Positions 8,453 through 18,120 of a DNA stretch of 32,000 nucleotides are shown in pieces (the first letter of the stretch is position 1; every line of letters starts with the position of its first letter). The position numbers and the translations under genes are program-made. The DNA is from Candidatus Pelagibacter sp. HTCC7211 (GTDB taxonomy: Bacteria; Pseudomonadota; Alphaproteobacteria; Pelagibacterales; Pelagibacteraceae), in assembly GCF_000155895.1 (NCBI RefSeq), contig NZ_DS995298.1:360001-392000 (forward strand), written 5' to 3'. The notes beneath the pieces were generated by a model. That model made no database searches, was not told where the DNA came from, and worked only from the letters and a program-made list of their open reading frames with translations.

Positions 8453-9739
8453 ATGGAAGATTTTAAAGTAAAAGACATATCGTCTGCTGAATTTGGTAGA
8501 AAAGAAATTTCAATTGCAGAAAGTGAAATGCCAGGTTTAATGGCATTACGAGAGGAATATTCAGAGTCTAAACCTTTAAATGGAGCAAGAATTATTGGAT
8601 GCTTGCACATGACAATCCAAACTGCGGTACTAATAGAAACACTAGTTGCTCTAGGAGCTGACGTTAGATGGTCTTCTTGTAATATATTTTCAACACAAGA
8701 CCATGCAGCTGCAGCAATTGCTAAAGCAGGTATACCAGTTTTTGCTTGGAAAGGTGAAACTGAAGAAGAATATTTATGGTGTATTAAGCAAACTATAATT
8801 GGAAAGCCAGATTGGAAACCAAATATGCTCTTAGATGACGGTGGTGATTTAACTGCAATCATGCATAACGAGTATCAAGATTTGATGAAAGATATTAAAG
8901 GTGTTTCTGAAGAAACCACAACTGGAATCAAAGCTTTAAATAAAATGGAAAAAGATAACTCACTTTTAGTGCCAGCAATCAATGTAAATGATTCTGTAAC
9001 AAAATCAAAATTTGATAATTTGTATGGTTGTAGAGAAAGTTTAGTTGATGGAATTAGAAGAGCTACAGATGTTATGATGTCAGGAAAAATTGCAATTGTT
9101 GCAGGTTTTGGAGACGTAGGTAAGGGAAGTGCTGCATCATTAAGACAAAGTGGAGCAAGAGTTTTAGTAACAGAGGCTGATCCAATTTGTGCTCTTCAAG
9201 CTGCAATGGAAGGTTATGAAGTTGTTTTAATGGAAGAAGCTATTAGTCGAGCAGATATTGTTGTAACTGCAACTGGCAATAAAGACATAGTTACAGCTGA
9301 TCATATGAGAGATATGAAAGATAGAGCAATTTTATGTAACATTGGTCATTTTGATAACGAAATACAAGTTGAGGCATTGAAAAATTATAAATGGACAGAG
9401 GTTAAACCACAAGTTCACGAAATAGAATTGCCAAGTAAAAAAAGAATTATTCTATTAGCAGAGGGAAGATTAGTAAATTTGGGTTGTGCTACTGGTCACC
9501 CAAGTTTTGTAATGAGTGCTTCATTTACAAATCAAGTAATTGCACAAATAGAGCTTTGGAATAATCATAAAAACTATGAAAACAAAGTTTATGTTCTTCC
9601 TAAACATTTGGATGAAAAAGTTGCAACCCTTCATTTAAAAAAAGTTGGGGCTAAACTTACTAAATTATCTAAAGAACAAGCGGACTATATAAGTGTCGGG
9701 ACAGAAGGTCCTTTCAAACCAGATGCCTATCGCTATTAA
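8453..9739 (+). CDS. ahcY: S-adenosyl-L-homocysteine hydrolase (adenosylhomocysteinase)
   Basis: A 428-aa protein with hallmark blocks [63 protein letters not shown] and NIGHFDNEI. Its GC content is locally higher than the surrounding sequence. Confidence 0.98.
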   Translation: MEDFKVKDISSAEFGRKEISIAESEMPGLMALREEYSESKPLNGARIIGCLHMTIQTAVLIETLVALGADVRWSSCNIFSTQDHAAAAIAKAGIPVFAWKGETEEEYLWCIKQTIIGKPDWKPNMLLDDGGDLTAIMHNEYQDLMKDIKGVSEETTTGIKALNKMEKDNSLLVPAINVNDSVTKSKFDNLYGCRESLVDGIRRATDVMMSGKIAIVAGFGDVGKGSAASLRQSGARVLVTEADPICALQAAMEGYEVVLMEEAISRADIVVTATGNKDIVTADHMRDMKDRAILCNIGHFDNEIQVEALKNYKWTEVKPQVHEIELPSKKRIILLAEGRLVNLGCATGHPSFVMSASFTNQVIAQIELWNNHKNYENKVYVLPKHLDEKVATLHLKKVGAKLTKLSKEQADYISVGTEGPFKPDAYRY

Positions 9740-10178
9740 AAATAGCTTAATAGATATATCATCAGAAGAGACGACCAAAGAATTAGCGAAAAATTTTTCT
9801 AATTATCTTAAAGGTGGAGAAGTAATTTTTTTATATGGAGAAATGGGGGTGGGCAAAACTACTTTTGTAAAATATTTAATTAATCAATTTCAAATGAAAA
9901 AAAGATTACAAGCAACAGAAGTAACAAGCCCAACTTTTAACATACTTAATGAATATGAGGCAGATGATTTAATTATTAAACATTATGATTTATTTAGATT
10001 AAAAGATGAATCTGAGGTTAAAAATTTAGATCTATTTGATAAAAATCAAAATACAATAACACTTATTGAATGGCCTGAGTTAATTAGTAAAGGAAATTTT
10101 GATAAGACTATAGATTTAATATTTAACTATGAAAATGAATTAAATAATAGATCTGTAAAAATCGATGGTTTAGACTGA
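9723..10178 (+). CDS. tsaE: tRNA t6A37 biosynthesis ATPase TsaE (YjeE)
   Basis: It carries the P-loop [11 protein letters not shown], the HYDLFRL motif and a size typical of TsaE. The track ORF starts at a GTG at 9693. The ATG at 9723 gives the usual ~40 residues ahead of the P-loop, so I prefer it, though the start is uncertain. Either start overlaps the 3' end of ahcY. Confidence 0.85.
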   Translation: MPIAIKNSLIDISSEETTKELAKNFSNYLKGGEVIFLYGEMGVGKTTFVKYLINQFQMKKRLQATEVTSPTFNILNEYEADDLIIKHYDLFRLKDESEVKNLDLFDKNQNTITLIEWPELISKGNFDKTIDLIFNYENELNNRSVKIDGLD

Positions 10179-10187
10179 TTTTTTAAT

Positions 10188-11138
10188 ATGAAACTTTCAA
10201 AAGATTTTAAGGAAATTAAAGGAGATGCTTCTTTTAGAAAATTTTACAGAAACACCAAAAAAAATTCAATTATAGTATTTGCAAATAGAGAAAAAATTAA
10301 AAATTTATTAATTTATGACTCAATTAATAAAATCTTAATCAAAAATAACATAATAGCTCCTAAACTAATAAGTCAAAATTATAAAAAAAATTATATTGAA
10401 ATACAGGATTTAGGAAAAAAAACTGTTTATCAAATATTTTCAAAAAATAAAAAAAATCAATATATAATATTTAAAAAAGCAATTAATGCTTTAAATAAAA
10501 TTCAATTAATTAAAGATAAAAAAATTAAAAATTTCAGAAATAAATTTTACCTAATCAAAGATTATAAAAATAAGATTTTATTTGATGAAACAAAGTTATT
10601 TAGTTATTGGTATGTACCAAAAAGATTAAATAAAAAAAAAATCAACTCATTTAAATACAAATTTAATAAAGAAATTAAGCAATTATTATCAAATTTAAAT
10701 TTTAAAAATAATACTTTTGTTCATAGAGATTTTCATGTTTCAAACCTAATCATAAACTTCAAAAATCAAATTGGATTAATTGATAATCAAGATGCTCTTT
10801 TTGGTAACAAAGCCTACGATTTAGCCTCTTTAATTGATGATGTTAGATATAAAACACCCAATTCATTAAAAGACAAAGTGTACAAATATTATTTAAAAAC
10901 TAATAAACAAATTGATGCAGATAAATTCAAGAACGATTTTGATATTTTGTCAGTTCTTAGAAATCTAAAGATTATTGGAATATTTATGAGGTTGGCTGAA
11001 AGAGATAAAAAAAGAAAATATTTAAAACTTATTCCATATGCTTGGAAGATGATTGATAACAGGTTAAGTAAAAACAAAGACTTAAATAATTTGAAGTTGT
11101 TATTAGCATCACATTTTCCTAAATTTATTGCTAAGTAA
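10188..11138 (+). CDS. Aminoglycoside-phosphotransferase-fold kinase, AmgK-like (putative anomeric MurNAc/GlcNAc kinase)
   Basis: It has the APH/ChoK kinase signature VHRDFHVSNLI...LIDNQDALFGNKAYDLASL. Its position between tsaE and a MurU-like nucleotidyltransferase matches the conserved alphaproteobacterial arrangement. Confidence 0.7.
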   Translation: MKLSKDFKEIKGDASFRKFYRNTKKNSIIVFANREKIKNLLIYDSINKILIKNNIIAPKLISQNYKKNYIEIQDLGKKTVYQIFSKNKKNQYIIFKKAINALNKIQLIKDKKIKNFRNKFYLIKDYKNKILFDETKLFSYWYVPKRLNKKKINSFKYKFNKEIKQLLSNLNFKNNTFVHRDFHVSNLIINFKNQIGLIDNQDALFGNKAYDLASLIDDVRYKTPNSLKDKVYKYYLKTNKQIDADKFKNDFDILSVLRNLKIIGIFMRLAERDKKRKYLKLIPYAWKMIDNRLSKNKDLNNLKLLLASHFPKFIAK

Positions 11139-11139
11139 A

Positions 11140-11829
11140 ATGAGAATTAATACGGCTTTAATTTTATGTGCAGGATTTGGGAAAAGATTAAATCCGTTAA
11201 CACTAGAAACTCCTAAGCCTTTAATCAAATTAAACAATATTGCAGTGCTTGAAATTTGTATTAATCTAATTGAAAATTTAGGTATACAACAAATTATTCT
11301 TAATACTTTTTATTTAAAAGATCAAATTCATGACTTTATAAATCATAAAAAGTTTAATCCTAAAATCACAATTATTGATGATGGAGAGAATATTCTTGAT
11401 ACAGGAGGTGGCATAAGCAATATGATGAAACATACAAATGAAGAAAATGTTTTAATATTTAATCCTGACACAATATGGGGAAAAAATTATGCCAATGAAA
11501 TTATTGAAATGGAAGATATATATTTTTCAAAAAAACTTAAAAATATACTTTTATTAGTAAAAAAAGAATTAAGTTTTGATAAAAATTTAAAGGGTGATTT
11601 TGATCTAAAAGAAAATTTGATTATAAAAAATAATGAGAGTAAATTTATTTATACAGGATGCCAAATTATGAATAAAAAACTTCTTTCTAAATATAAAGAT
11701 AAAAAATTTTCCATAACAAATGTATGGAATGATCTAATTGAAAAAAAAGAATTATTTGGATTTGAGACTAATAATAATTTTTATCATTTAACTGATCTTG
11801 AAACTTTTAGAAAACTACAAGGTCTTTAG
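11140..11829 (+). CDS. Sugar-1-phosphate nucleotidyltransferase, MurU-like
   Basis: It has the N-terminal nucleotidyltransferase loop ALILCAGFGKRLNPLTLETPKPL. The track start at 11128 is a TTG inside the upstream gene. The first ATG (11140) lies 1 nt after the upstream TAA. Confidence 0.7.
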   Translation: MRINTALILCAGFGKRLNPLTLETPKPLIKLNNIAVLEICINLIENLGIQQIILNTFYLKDQIHDFINHKKFNPKITIIDDGENILDTGGGISNMMKHTNEENVLIFNPDTIWGKNYANEIIEMEDIYFSKKLKNILLLVKKELSFDKNLKGDFDLKENLIIKNNESKFIYTGCQIMNKKLLSKYKDKKFSITNVWNDLIEKKELFGFETNNNFYHLTDLETFRKLQGL

Positions 11830-12520
11830 CTCTTTCTTTGTCTAAGTATTTGCAATCAGTAATATTATTCTTTTTATCTAAATTTATTAATAGTGGATTT
11901 CCAGTTGGAATCTCTAATTTAGAGATTTGATTTTCATCTAATTTAAATAAGTATTTGCATAATGCTCTAATTGAATTTCCATGCGCAGAAATTAAAATAT
12001 TATTTTTTGAAATTTCATTTTCAATTTCTTGTGTATAAAACTCTAATACTCTTTCATAAGTATCTTTAAGAGACTCTGTGTCTGGAATTTTATCAATTGG
12101 TATTTCTTTGTAGGCATCAATATTGATAGGATGGTGAGGATTTTTTTTATCTAATGGGTCTGGTCGTAAATCCCACGAACGTCTAAATTGATGAACTTTT
12201 TCTTCACCAAGTTTTAATTTCATTTCATCTTTATTTAAACCTGTCAGGGATCCATAGTGTCGTTCATTTAATTGCCAAGCCTCTTTTGAAACTTTTGTAT
12301 CTTGCAGTGTTTGTTTTATTAATTTTAAGGTGTTTTTTGCTCTTAATTGGTAAGATGAATAATAAATATCAATATTTATATTTTTCGTTTTTATTAGTTC
12401 ACCAGCTTTTATAGCTTCAGATTTACCATTTTCGGTCAAGTCTACATCAACCCAACCTGTGAATTTTTTTTCAAGATTCCATATACTTTGGCCATGTCTT
12501 ACTAAAATTAAATAACTCAT
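11807..12520 (-). CDS. gpmA: 2,3-bisphosphoglycerate-dependent phosphoglycerate mutase
   Basis: LILVRHGQSIWNLEKKFTGWVDVDLTENG (catalytic His), ERHYGSLTG and SAHGNSIRAL are classical dPGM motifs. Confidence 0.95.
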   Translation of the reverse strand: MSYLILVRHGQSIWNLEKKFTGWVDVDLTENGKSEAIKAGELIKTKNINIDIYYSSYQLRAKNTLKLIKQTLQDTKVSKEAWQLNERHYGSLTGLNKDEMKLKLGEEKVHQFRRSWDLRPDPLDKKNPHHPINIDAYKEIPIDKIPDTESLKDTYERVLEFYTQEIENEISKNNILISAHGNSIRALCKYLFKLDENQISKLEIPTGNPLLINLDKKNNITDCKYLDKERAKDLVVF

Positions 12521-12570
12521 TTGTTAATCTTTTAATTTAATTTATAAAATATAACTACTAATAAAATTAT

Positions 12571-13170
12571 ATGAAAATTTTTAGAATTAATTTATTATTT
12601 ATAGTATTGTTTTTTATTTCAGCTTGCTCTTCAGTACCGTCAAACACATCAAATAGTTGTTCAATATTTAATGAAAGGTATTTATGGTTTAAACATGCTA
12701 ATAAATCAGAAAAAAAATGGGGAACCCCAGTTTATTTGCAGCTTGCTTTTATTAAAATGGAGTCAGATTTTGATTGGCTTGCCAAACCTCCTAGACAAAA
12801 ACTTTTTAAAGTAATTCCATACAAAAGACCCTCAAGTTCATTTGGATACTCTCAGGCAGTTAATGGTACATGGGAACAATATAAAAAAGAGACAGGAAAT
12901 AAGCTTGCAGTAAGAGCTAGGTTCAAAGATAGCGTTGATTTCATAGGATGGTACACCAGTAAATCTAGTTCTATTTTAAAAATATCTAAAACTGATGCTT
13001 TTAAACAGTATGTTGCTTATCATGAAGGATGGGGAAATTATAAACATTATAAAAAGAATAAAAAAATAATTAATTTAGCAAAAAGAGTTGAGAAACAATC
13101 TAATATTTATAAAAATCAACTTAAAGAGTGCAGTGGTTCACTAAGTAAAAATAAATATATTATTTTTTAG
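12571..13170 (+). CDS. Lipoprotein, putative lytic-transglycosylase (SLT)-like
   Basis: It has a signal peptide with a lipobox (LFFISAC|S). An E-S containing block (AFIKMESDF) and FGYSQAVNGTWEQY...DFIGWY resemble an SLT-domain lipoprotein family as I remember it. The function is tentative. Confidence 0.5.
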   Translation: MKIFRINLLFIVLFFISACSSVPSNTSNSCSIFNERYLWFKHANKSEKKWGTPVYLQLAFIKMESDFDWLAKPPRQKLFKVIPYKRPSSSFGYSQAVNGTWEQYKKETGNKLAVRARFKDSVDFIGWYTSKSSSILKISKTDAFKQYVAYHEGWGNYKHYKKNKKIINLAKRVEKQSNIYKNQLKECSGSLSKNKYIIF

Positions 13171-16100
13171 ATAATTCTTTTTTTAACTCTAAATCAACGG
13201 AGTCTATTCTTTTTGTATTTTGAGCAAGTGTTAAATACATTGTAGGAGTTACATATAGTGTAAAGAAAGTAGAAATTATCATCCCTCCAAGTATAGTTGC
13301 TCCAACGGCTAACCTTGAGGCTTCTCCAGCACCTGGTCCAATATTTCCAATTACCAAAGGAATCATTGCTATCATGGTACTTATAGATGTCATCATAATA
13401 GGTCGAAATCTTAATTCACAAGCTTCTTTAACCGAATCTTCTATTTTCTTTCCTGTGGTTCTTATTTGATTTGCATAATCAACAATCAAAATACTATTTT
13501 TCGTTGATATACCAATCAGAATTACTAAAGCAATTTGAGAAAAAATATTTATTGAACTATTTAAAAATAAAATAAATACCAGTCCTCCAAAAACAGCTAG
13601 TGGTACAGTTAACATAATTATAAACGGATGAATAAAAGAATTAAATGTAGCAGCCATTACCAAATAAGCAGTCAGTAAACCAAGTGCAAAAATTATATAA
13701 AGTTCATTTGTTGTCTCTTTAACTTCTTCAGACTCACCTTTCCAAGTAATTTGATTAGTGGGCGCCACATCTGCCATTATATTTTCCAGATATTCAATTG
13801 CTTCAAATAAAGAATAATTTTCATTTATATTTGCAGAAATTGTTACAGCTCTTTGTCGGTCATATCTTGCTAATACTTTTGCTGATCCTTCTTCTCTTAG
13901 GTCAACTAGGTTAGACAATGAGATTAATTCTCCAGTTGTACCAGATCTTACAAACAATTTACTTAAACTATCTTTATCTTTTCTATCAATGAGATATTGC
14001 TGAAGAATAATTGGATATTCTTTACCCAATTTATTAAATGTGGTAACTCTTTTGCCACCATATAATGTCTCTAATGTTTGGCCAATTGATCTAGTCGATA
14101 TTCCTAAATCTTTAGCTTTATTTTTATTGATAACTAATTTTACCTCTGGTTTATTTCTATTAAAGTCTGACTCAATTCTTGATAATCCTCTATTTCTTCT
14201 AAGTTTACTAATTACGTCATTTTGAATACTTTCTAGTTCTTCATAAGTACTTCCCAAAATTACCATTTGGACTGGTTTATTGTAATTAGATACCCTTATG
14301 GCTTGAGGTGAAATTGGAAATGCTAAAGTTTGAGGGACAGTTACTATTTTACCTATAGCTTGTCTCATTATTATCATTGTATCTTTATCTCGTTTTTTCC
14401 AGTCTTCAAGTAAAGCAATAATAATAAAACTATTAAATGAATTTGCAGAGCTTCCAAATCCTGGAACTCTCATTATAAATTTTTCATAAGGACTATTCTC
14501 AGCTTGAAGCAATGGTAGCAATCTCTTTTCTACTACCTGGGCTTTTTCTTGTGTGTAATCGAAAGAACTTCCTTCATCGGTAAATCCAATAACCAAATAA
14601 ACGCCCCTGTCTTCTTTTGGAAGAAGTTCTTTGGTTGTGAACATGAATAAAGCAACAGATCCTGCAATAATTAAAATAATGAAGGTTATTATCGTTTTCT
14701 TTTTATTTAACCAATAATCTAATGTTTCTCTATAAAAATTAGAAAAACCTTGAAAAAAAACATTAAATTTTCTAACAAAAAAACCAGAGCTTGTTTTTTT
14801 ATTTAGAAACTTACTTCCTAGCATTGGTGAAAGCGTTAATGCAACAAATGATGAGACAACTATAGAAAAAGATAAAGCTATAGCTGTTTCTCTAAATAAA
14901 GTTCCAGATATTCCTTTAATAAAAATTAATGGAATGAAAACAGCAAGTAAAATTAAAGTTGTTGCAATTATCGCAAAGGTAATTTGTTTAGATCCATTAT
15001 ATGCAGCAATCAATGGACTTTCTCCATTTTCTATTCTTCTATATATTGCATCAGTCATAATAACAGAGTCATCAGTGATAATTCCAATTGCAAGTATAAA
15101 ACTAAGAAGTACAAAAATATTTATTGATAAATCAAATAGATAGATACCTAAAAATGATGCTATTAAGCTCACCGGAAGCGCTACAGCAGGAACAATCACT
15201 GCTTTTATATTTCCCAAAAATAAATAAATTATTATTACAACTAAAACAAATGCAATCGCTAAAGTTTTATAAACTTCATCTATAGCTGCTTTAACGTATG
15301 TCGCTCTATTAAATGAAACATCTAGCTTTAAACTATCAGGTAAAGTTTTTTTAACTTCTTTAATTTTTTTTTGAATTTCATTTGATAGTTCAACTGTTGA
15401 TGCACCACTTTTTGCGTAAATTCCTATTCCAACTGTCTTTTGATTTAATTTATTTTTGCTTTGAGATTTAAATAATGTTTTTTCTGAGACAGGACCTAAT
15501 TCCACATTTGCTACATCTGACAATCTTACAATTTGATCTTTTGTTTTTTTAATTGGTAAAAACTTTAATTCATCAATATTTGTATAAGACTTATCTAAAT
15601 TAATTGTTAAATCTATATTTTCTGCTTCCAAGGTCCCAGCTGGTAAGCTTATATTTTCATTTCTAAGTGCATTTTCTACTTCTTGAATTGTCATATCATT
15701 TGCAGCTAATTTGATAGGGTCAATCCAAATTCTAACACTAAGCTCTCTAAGTCCTCCTAGTAGAATTCTTCCAACACCTTTTACACTTGAAAAAGCGTCC
15801 ACTAAATACCTATCTGCATAATCACCAAGTTCTAAATCAGACCAGGTTGACGATGAAACTGAAAGCCACATTGTAGTTGTAAAACCAGCTGCTTGTTTTA
15901 ATATCTGAGGAGCATCTGCTTCTGAGGGAAGATTATCGACTATTCTTGCTACTCTTTCTCTTATATCGTTTGCAGCATCGTCAAGCTCAATATCTGTGTC
16001 AAATTCAATGTTAATACTACTTCTTCCATTTTCAGATTTAGAGTCGATATTCTTTATACCTTCTGCACCTCCTATAACATCTTCTATTACTTGAGTTATT

Positions 16101-16288
16101 TCTTGATCAATAATTGGAGCTGATGCAGACTTATAATTAACTTTTACTTGGACTACTGGTGGCTGTAAACCATCAGGTAATTCTCTTACTGGTAATTCAG
16201 AATAAACAAATAAACCAAATACAATAAGTATTAAAGATAGAACCCAAGCTACAACTGGTCTTCTGATACTAAGTTCAGTTATATACAT
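13160..16288 (-). CDS. RND-family efflux transporter, inner-membrane component (AcrB/HAE-type)
   Basis: A 1042-aa protein with a typical N-terminus (SIRRPVVAWVLSLILIVFG), 12-TM architecture with two large periplasmic loops, and conserved TM4-region aspartates (GIITDDSVIM). Confidence 0.93.
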   Translation of the reverse strand: MYITELSIRRPVVAWVLSLILIVFGLFVYSELPVRELPDGLQPPVVQVKVNYKSASAPIIDQEITQVIEDVIGGAEGIKNIDSKSENGRSSINIEFDTDIELDDAANDIRERVARIVDNLPSEADAPQILKQAAGFTTTMWLSVSSSTWSDLELGDYADRYLVDAFSSVKGVGRILLGGLRELSVRIWIDPIKLAANDMTIQEVENALRNENISLPAGTLEAENIDLTINLDKSYTNIDELKFLPIKKTKDQIVRLSDVANVELGPVSEKTLFKSQSKNKLNQKTVGIGIYAKSGASTVELSNEIQKKIKEVKKTLPDSLKLDVSFNRATYVKAAIDEVYKTLAIAFVLVVIIIYLFLGNIKAVIVPAVALPVSLIASFLGIYLFDLSINIFVLLSFILAIGIITDDSVIMTDAIYRRIENGESPLIAAYNGSKQITFAIIATTLILLAVFIPLIFIKGISGTLFRETAIALSFSIVVSSFVALTLSPMLGSKFLNKKTSSGFFVRKFNVFFQGFSNFYRETLDYWLNKKKTIITFIILIIAGSVALFMFTTKELLPKEDRGVYLVIGFTDEGSSFDYTQEKAQVVEKRLLPLLQAENSPYEKFIMRVPGFGSSANSFNSFIIIALLEDWKKRDKDTMIIMRQAIGKIVTVPQTLAFPISPQAIRVSNYNKPVQMVILGSTYEELESIQNDVISKLRRNRGLSRIESDFNRNKPEVKLVINKNKAKDLGISTRSIGQTLETLYGGKRVTTFNKLGKEYPIILQQYLIDRKDKDSLSKLFVRSGTTGELISLSNLVDLREEGSAKVLARYDRQRAVTISANINENYSLFEAIEYLENIMADVAPTNQITWKGESEEVKETTNELYIIFALGLLTAYLVMAATFNSFIHPFIIMLTVPLAVFGGLVFILFLNSSINIFSQIALVILIGISTKNSILIVDYANQIRTTGKKIEDSVKEACELRFRPIMMTSISTMIAMIPLVIGNIGPGAGEASRLAVGATILGGMIISTFFTLYVTPTMYLTLAQNTKRIDSVDLELKKELSKK

Positions 16289-16292
16289 TCAA

Positions 16293-17303
16293 TTATTTAT
16301 TTTTACTCTCTTCTTTTTTTGAATCAGATTTTTTAAATATATTTAATTTTTTAATCCAATCAAACTTACCTTTTTTCTGTTCTATTTTATCTGCCTTGTC
16401 TTTTTTATTCCAATTTGAAGACTGTGGTTTTGAACCATATTTAATTGGATTTATTTTTCCGTTAGGTCTTGTTTTTTTCAGACCTTCGGCGACTACTGTA
16501 TCACCATTTTTAAGTCCAGTTTTTACTTCTACAATTCCTTGTTTTCTTAAACCAATTTCTATTTCAGTTTTATTTACAATATTTTCTTTATTAACTTTAT
16601 ATACATAAACATTATTACCTTCCATAAGAAGACTGGTATCTAGAATGCTTAATGAATTTCTTTCATTATAGTTAATAGATACTTCTAATAATGAGCCAGA
16701 TAAAAGTTCATTGTTTGGATTTTCAAGCCTAATTCTTACGGGCAATGATCTTTTATTGGTATCAATTCTGCTTGCAGTTGATTCAACCACTCCAGAATAT
16801 TTTTTAAGATTATTTCCAGAAAATTTTATATCAGCATTTTGATTTTTTTTTACAAAAGGTGCAAATGTTTCAGGTATATCAACATCAATAAAAAGAACAG
16901 AGGTGTCTTCTAAATTTAATACGATAGAACTTTTTGATACATCAATATCATTGGAAAAATCTCTCTTACCAATAATTCCATCAAATGGAGTGACTATGTT
17001 TCTATTCTTAAGTTTAGCAATTACATCTCCAGCTTTAACTTTTGTGTTATATTTAATAGGTTCTAAAATTTCATATTTTTCAATATTATAAGATTTTATC
17101 TGAGCTGGTACTGCGGTACCAAAGGTTTCAATTGTGTTTTGAAATAATTTTTGCTCAACAACCTTTACAATTATTCCTGGAGGGGGTCTTTTGCTAAATT
17201 TTTTTTTAAAGTGATTACCAATCATTGTTCTAGCAATGATTACTGCTGCAATGATAAAAAAGAAGATTAATATTATTGATATAATTTTGGTTGATCTTTT
17301 CAT
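16293..17303 (-). CDS. RND efflux membrane-fusion (periplasmic adaptor) protein
   Basis: A 336-aa protein with an N-terminal TM anchor and a HlyD/AcrA-like lipoyl/beta-barrel pattern (GDVIAKL...PFDGIIG). It lies 4 nt upstream of the RND gene. The C-terminal tail is lysine-rich. Confidence 0.85.
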   Translation of the reverse strand: MKRSTKIISIILIFFFIIAAVIIARTMIGNHFKKKFSKRPPPGIIVKVVEQKLFQNTIETFGTAVPAQIKSYNIEKYEILEPIKYNTKVKAGDVIAKLKNRNIVTPFDGIIGKRDFSNDIDVSKSSIVLNLEDTSVLFIDVDIPETFAPFVKKNQNADIKFSGNNLKKYSGVVESTASRIDTNKRSLPVRIRLENPNNELLSGSLLEVSINYNERNSLSILDTSLLMEGNNVYVYKVNKENIVNKTEIEIGLRKQGIVEVKTGLKNGDTVVAEGLKKTRPNGKINPIKYGSKPQSSNWNKKDKADKIEQKKGKFDWIKKLNIFKKSDSKKEESKNK

Positions 17304-17306
17304 ATT

Positions 17307-18119
17307 TTAACTTTTTCCATACTCTGACCATGAACCATCATAGATAGTCGGCATATACTTATCATTTATTAATGAATAAGCTAGTGCCAATACACTTGCA
17401 GTTACTCCTGAACCACACGAAAATACAATATTTTGATTTAGATCTAAATTAAATAACCTAAATTGGGCTTTGATTTTATCTTTACTTACAAAAGTATGAT
17501 CATCATTTATTAATTCAGAAAAAGGTAAGCAAAAAGAATTTTTTATTGACCCACTTCTTAGACCTTTTCTAGGTTCTGGAACTTTTCCTTCAAATCGCTC
17601 CCTACTTCTTGCGTCAACAACTATAAATTCATTTAAAGTAATATTTTTATCTATTTCTTGTTTATTTTTTACTAATTTATTATTTTCAATAGCTTTATAA
17701 TTCGAAACTGTTGTGGGTATTATTTCATTATTTGTAATTTTATTTTCAATTTTCCATTTATTTAAGCCTCCATCTAAAACATGAACAAGTTTGGGATCAT
17801 GCCCAAAATAAATTAAATTATACCAACATCGACAAGAACTTATTACATCTGAATTATCATAAATTACTATTTCATCTTCATTTGAAATACCCATACTATT
17901 CATAATTAATTCCCAGGAATTAATATCGGTCAACATATGTGGTAAATCTGTATTTATCTTTGAATTTTTATCTAAATCAAAAAAAATTGCATTGGGTATG
18001 TGATCTTTTTTATATTCCTCAAAACCATTTCTTTGAGCTTTTGGCATGTGCCATGAGCAATCTATTATTTTTACATTATCAATGTTCTTCTCTAACCAAT
18101 CTGAACTGACTAAGGACAT
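17307..18119 (-). CDS. sseA: 3-mercaptopyruvate/thiosulfate sulfurtransferase (tandem rhodanese)
   Basis: It has an SseA-type N-terminus (LVSSDWLEKNI...IIDCSWHMP...EYKKDHIPNAIFFDLD) and the active-site loop CGSGVTA, which is characteristic of the MST subtype. Confidence 0.88.
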   Translation of the reverse strand: MSLVSSDWLEKNIDNVKIIDCSWHMPKAQRNGFEEYKKDHIPNAIFFDLDKNSKINTDLPHMLTDINSWELIMNSMGISNEDEIVIYDNSDVISSCRCWYNLIYFGHDPKLVHVLDGGLNKWKIENKITNNEIIPTTVSNYKAIENNKLVKNKQEIDKNITLNEFIVVDARSRERFEGKVPEPRKGLRSGSIKNSFCLPFSELINDDHTFVSKDKIKAQFRLFNLDLNQNIVFSCGSGVTASVLALAYSLINDKYMPTIYDGSWSEYGKS

Positions 18120-18120
18120 C

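Noticed and set aside
8437-8862. 141-aa ORF antisense to ahcY
   Set aside because: It lies entirely inside, and opposite to, an unmistakable and highly conserved ahcY. It is an open antisense frame favoured by the locally higher GC content. The peptide is low-complexity with no start context.
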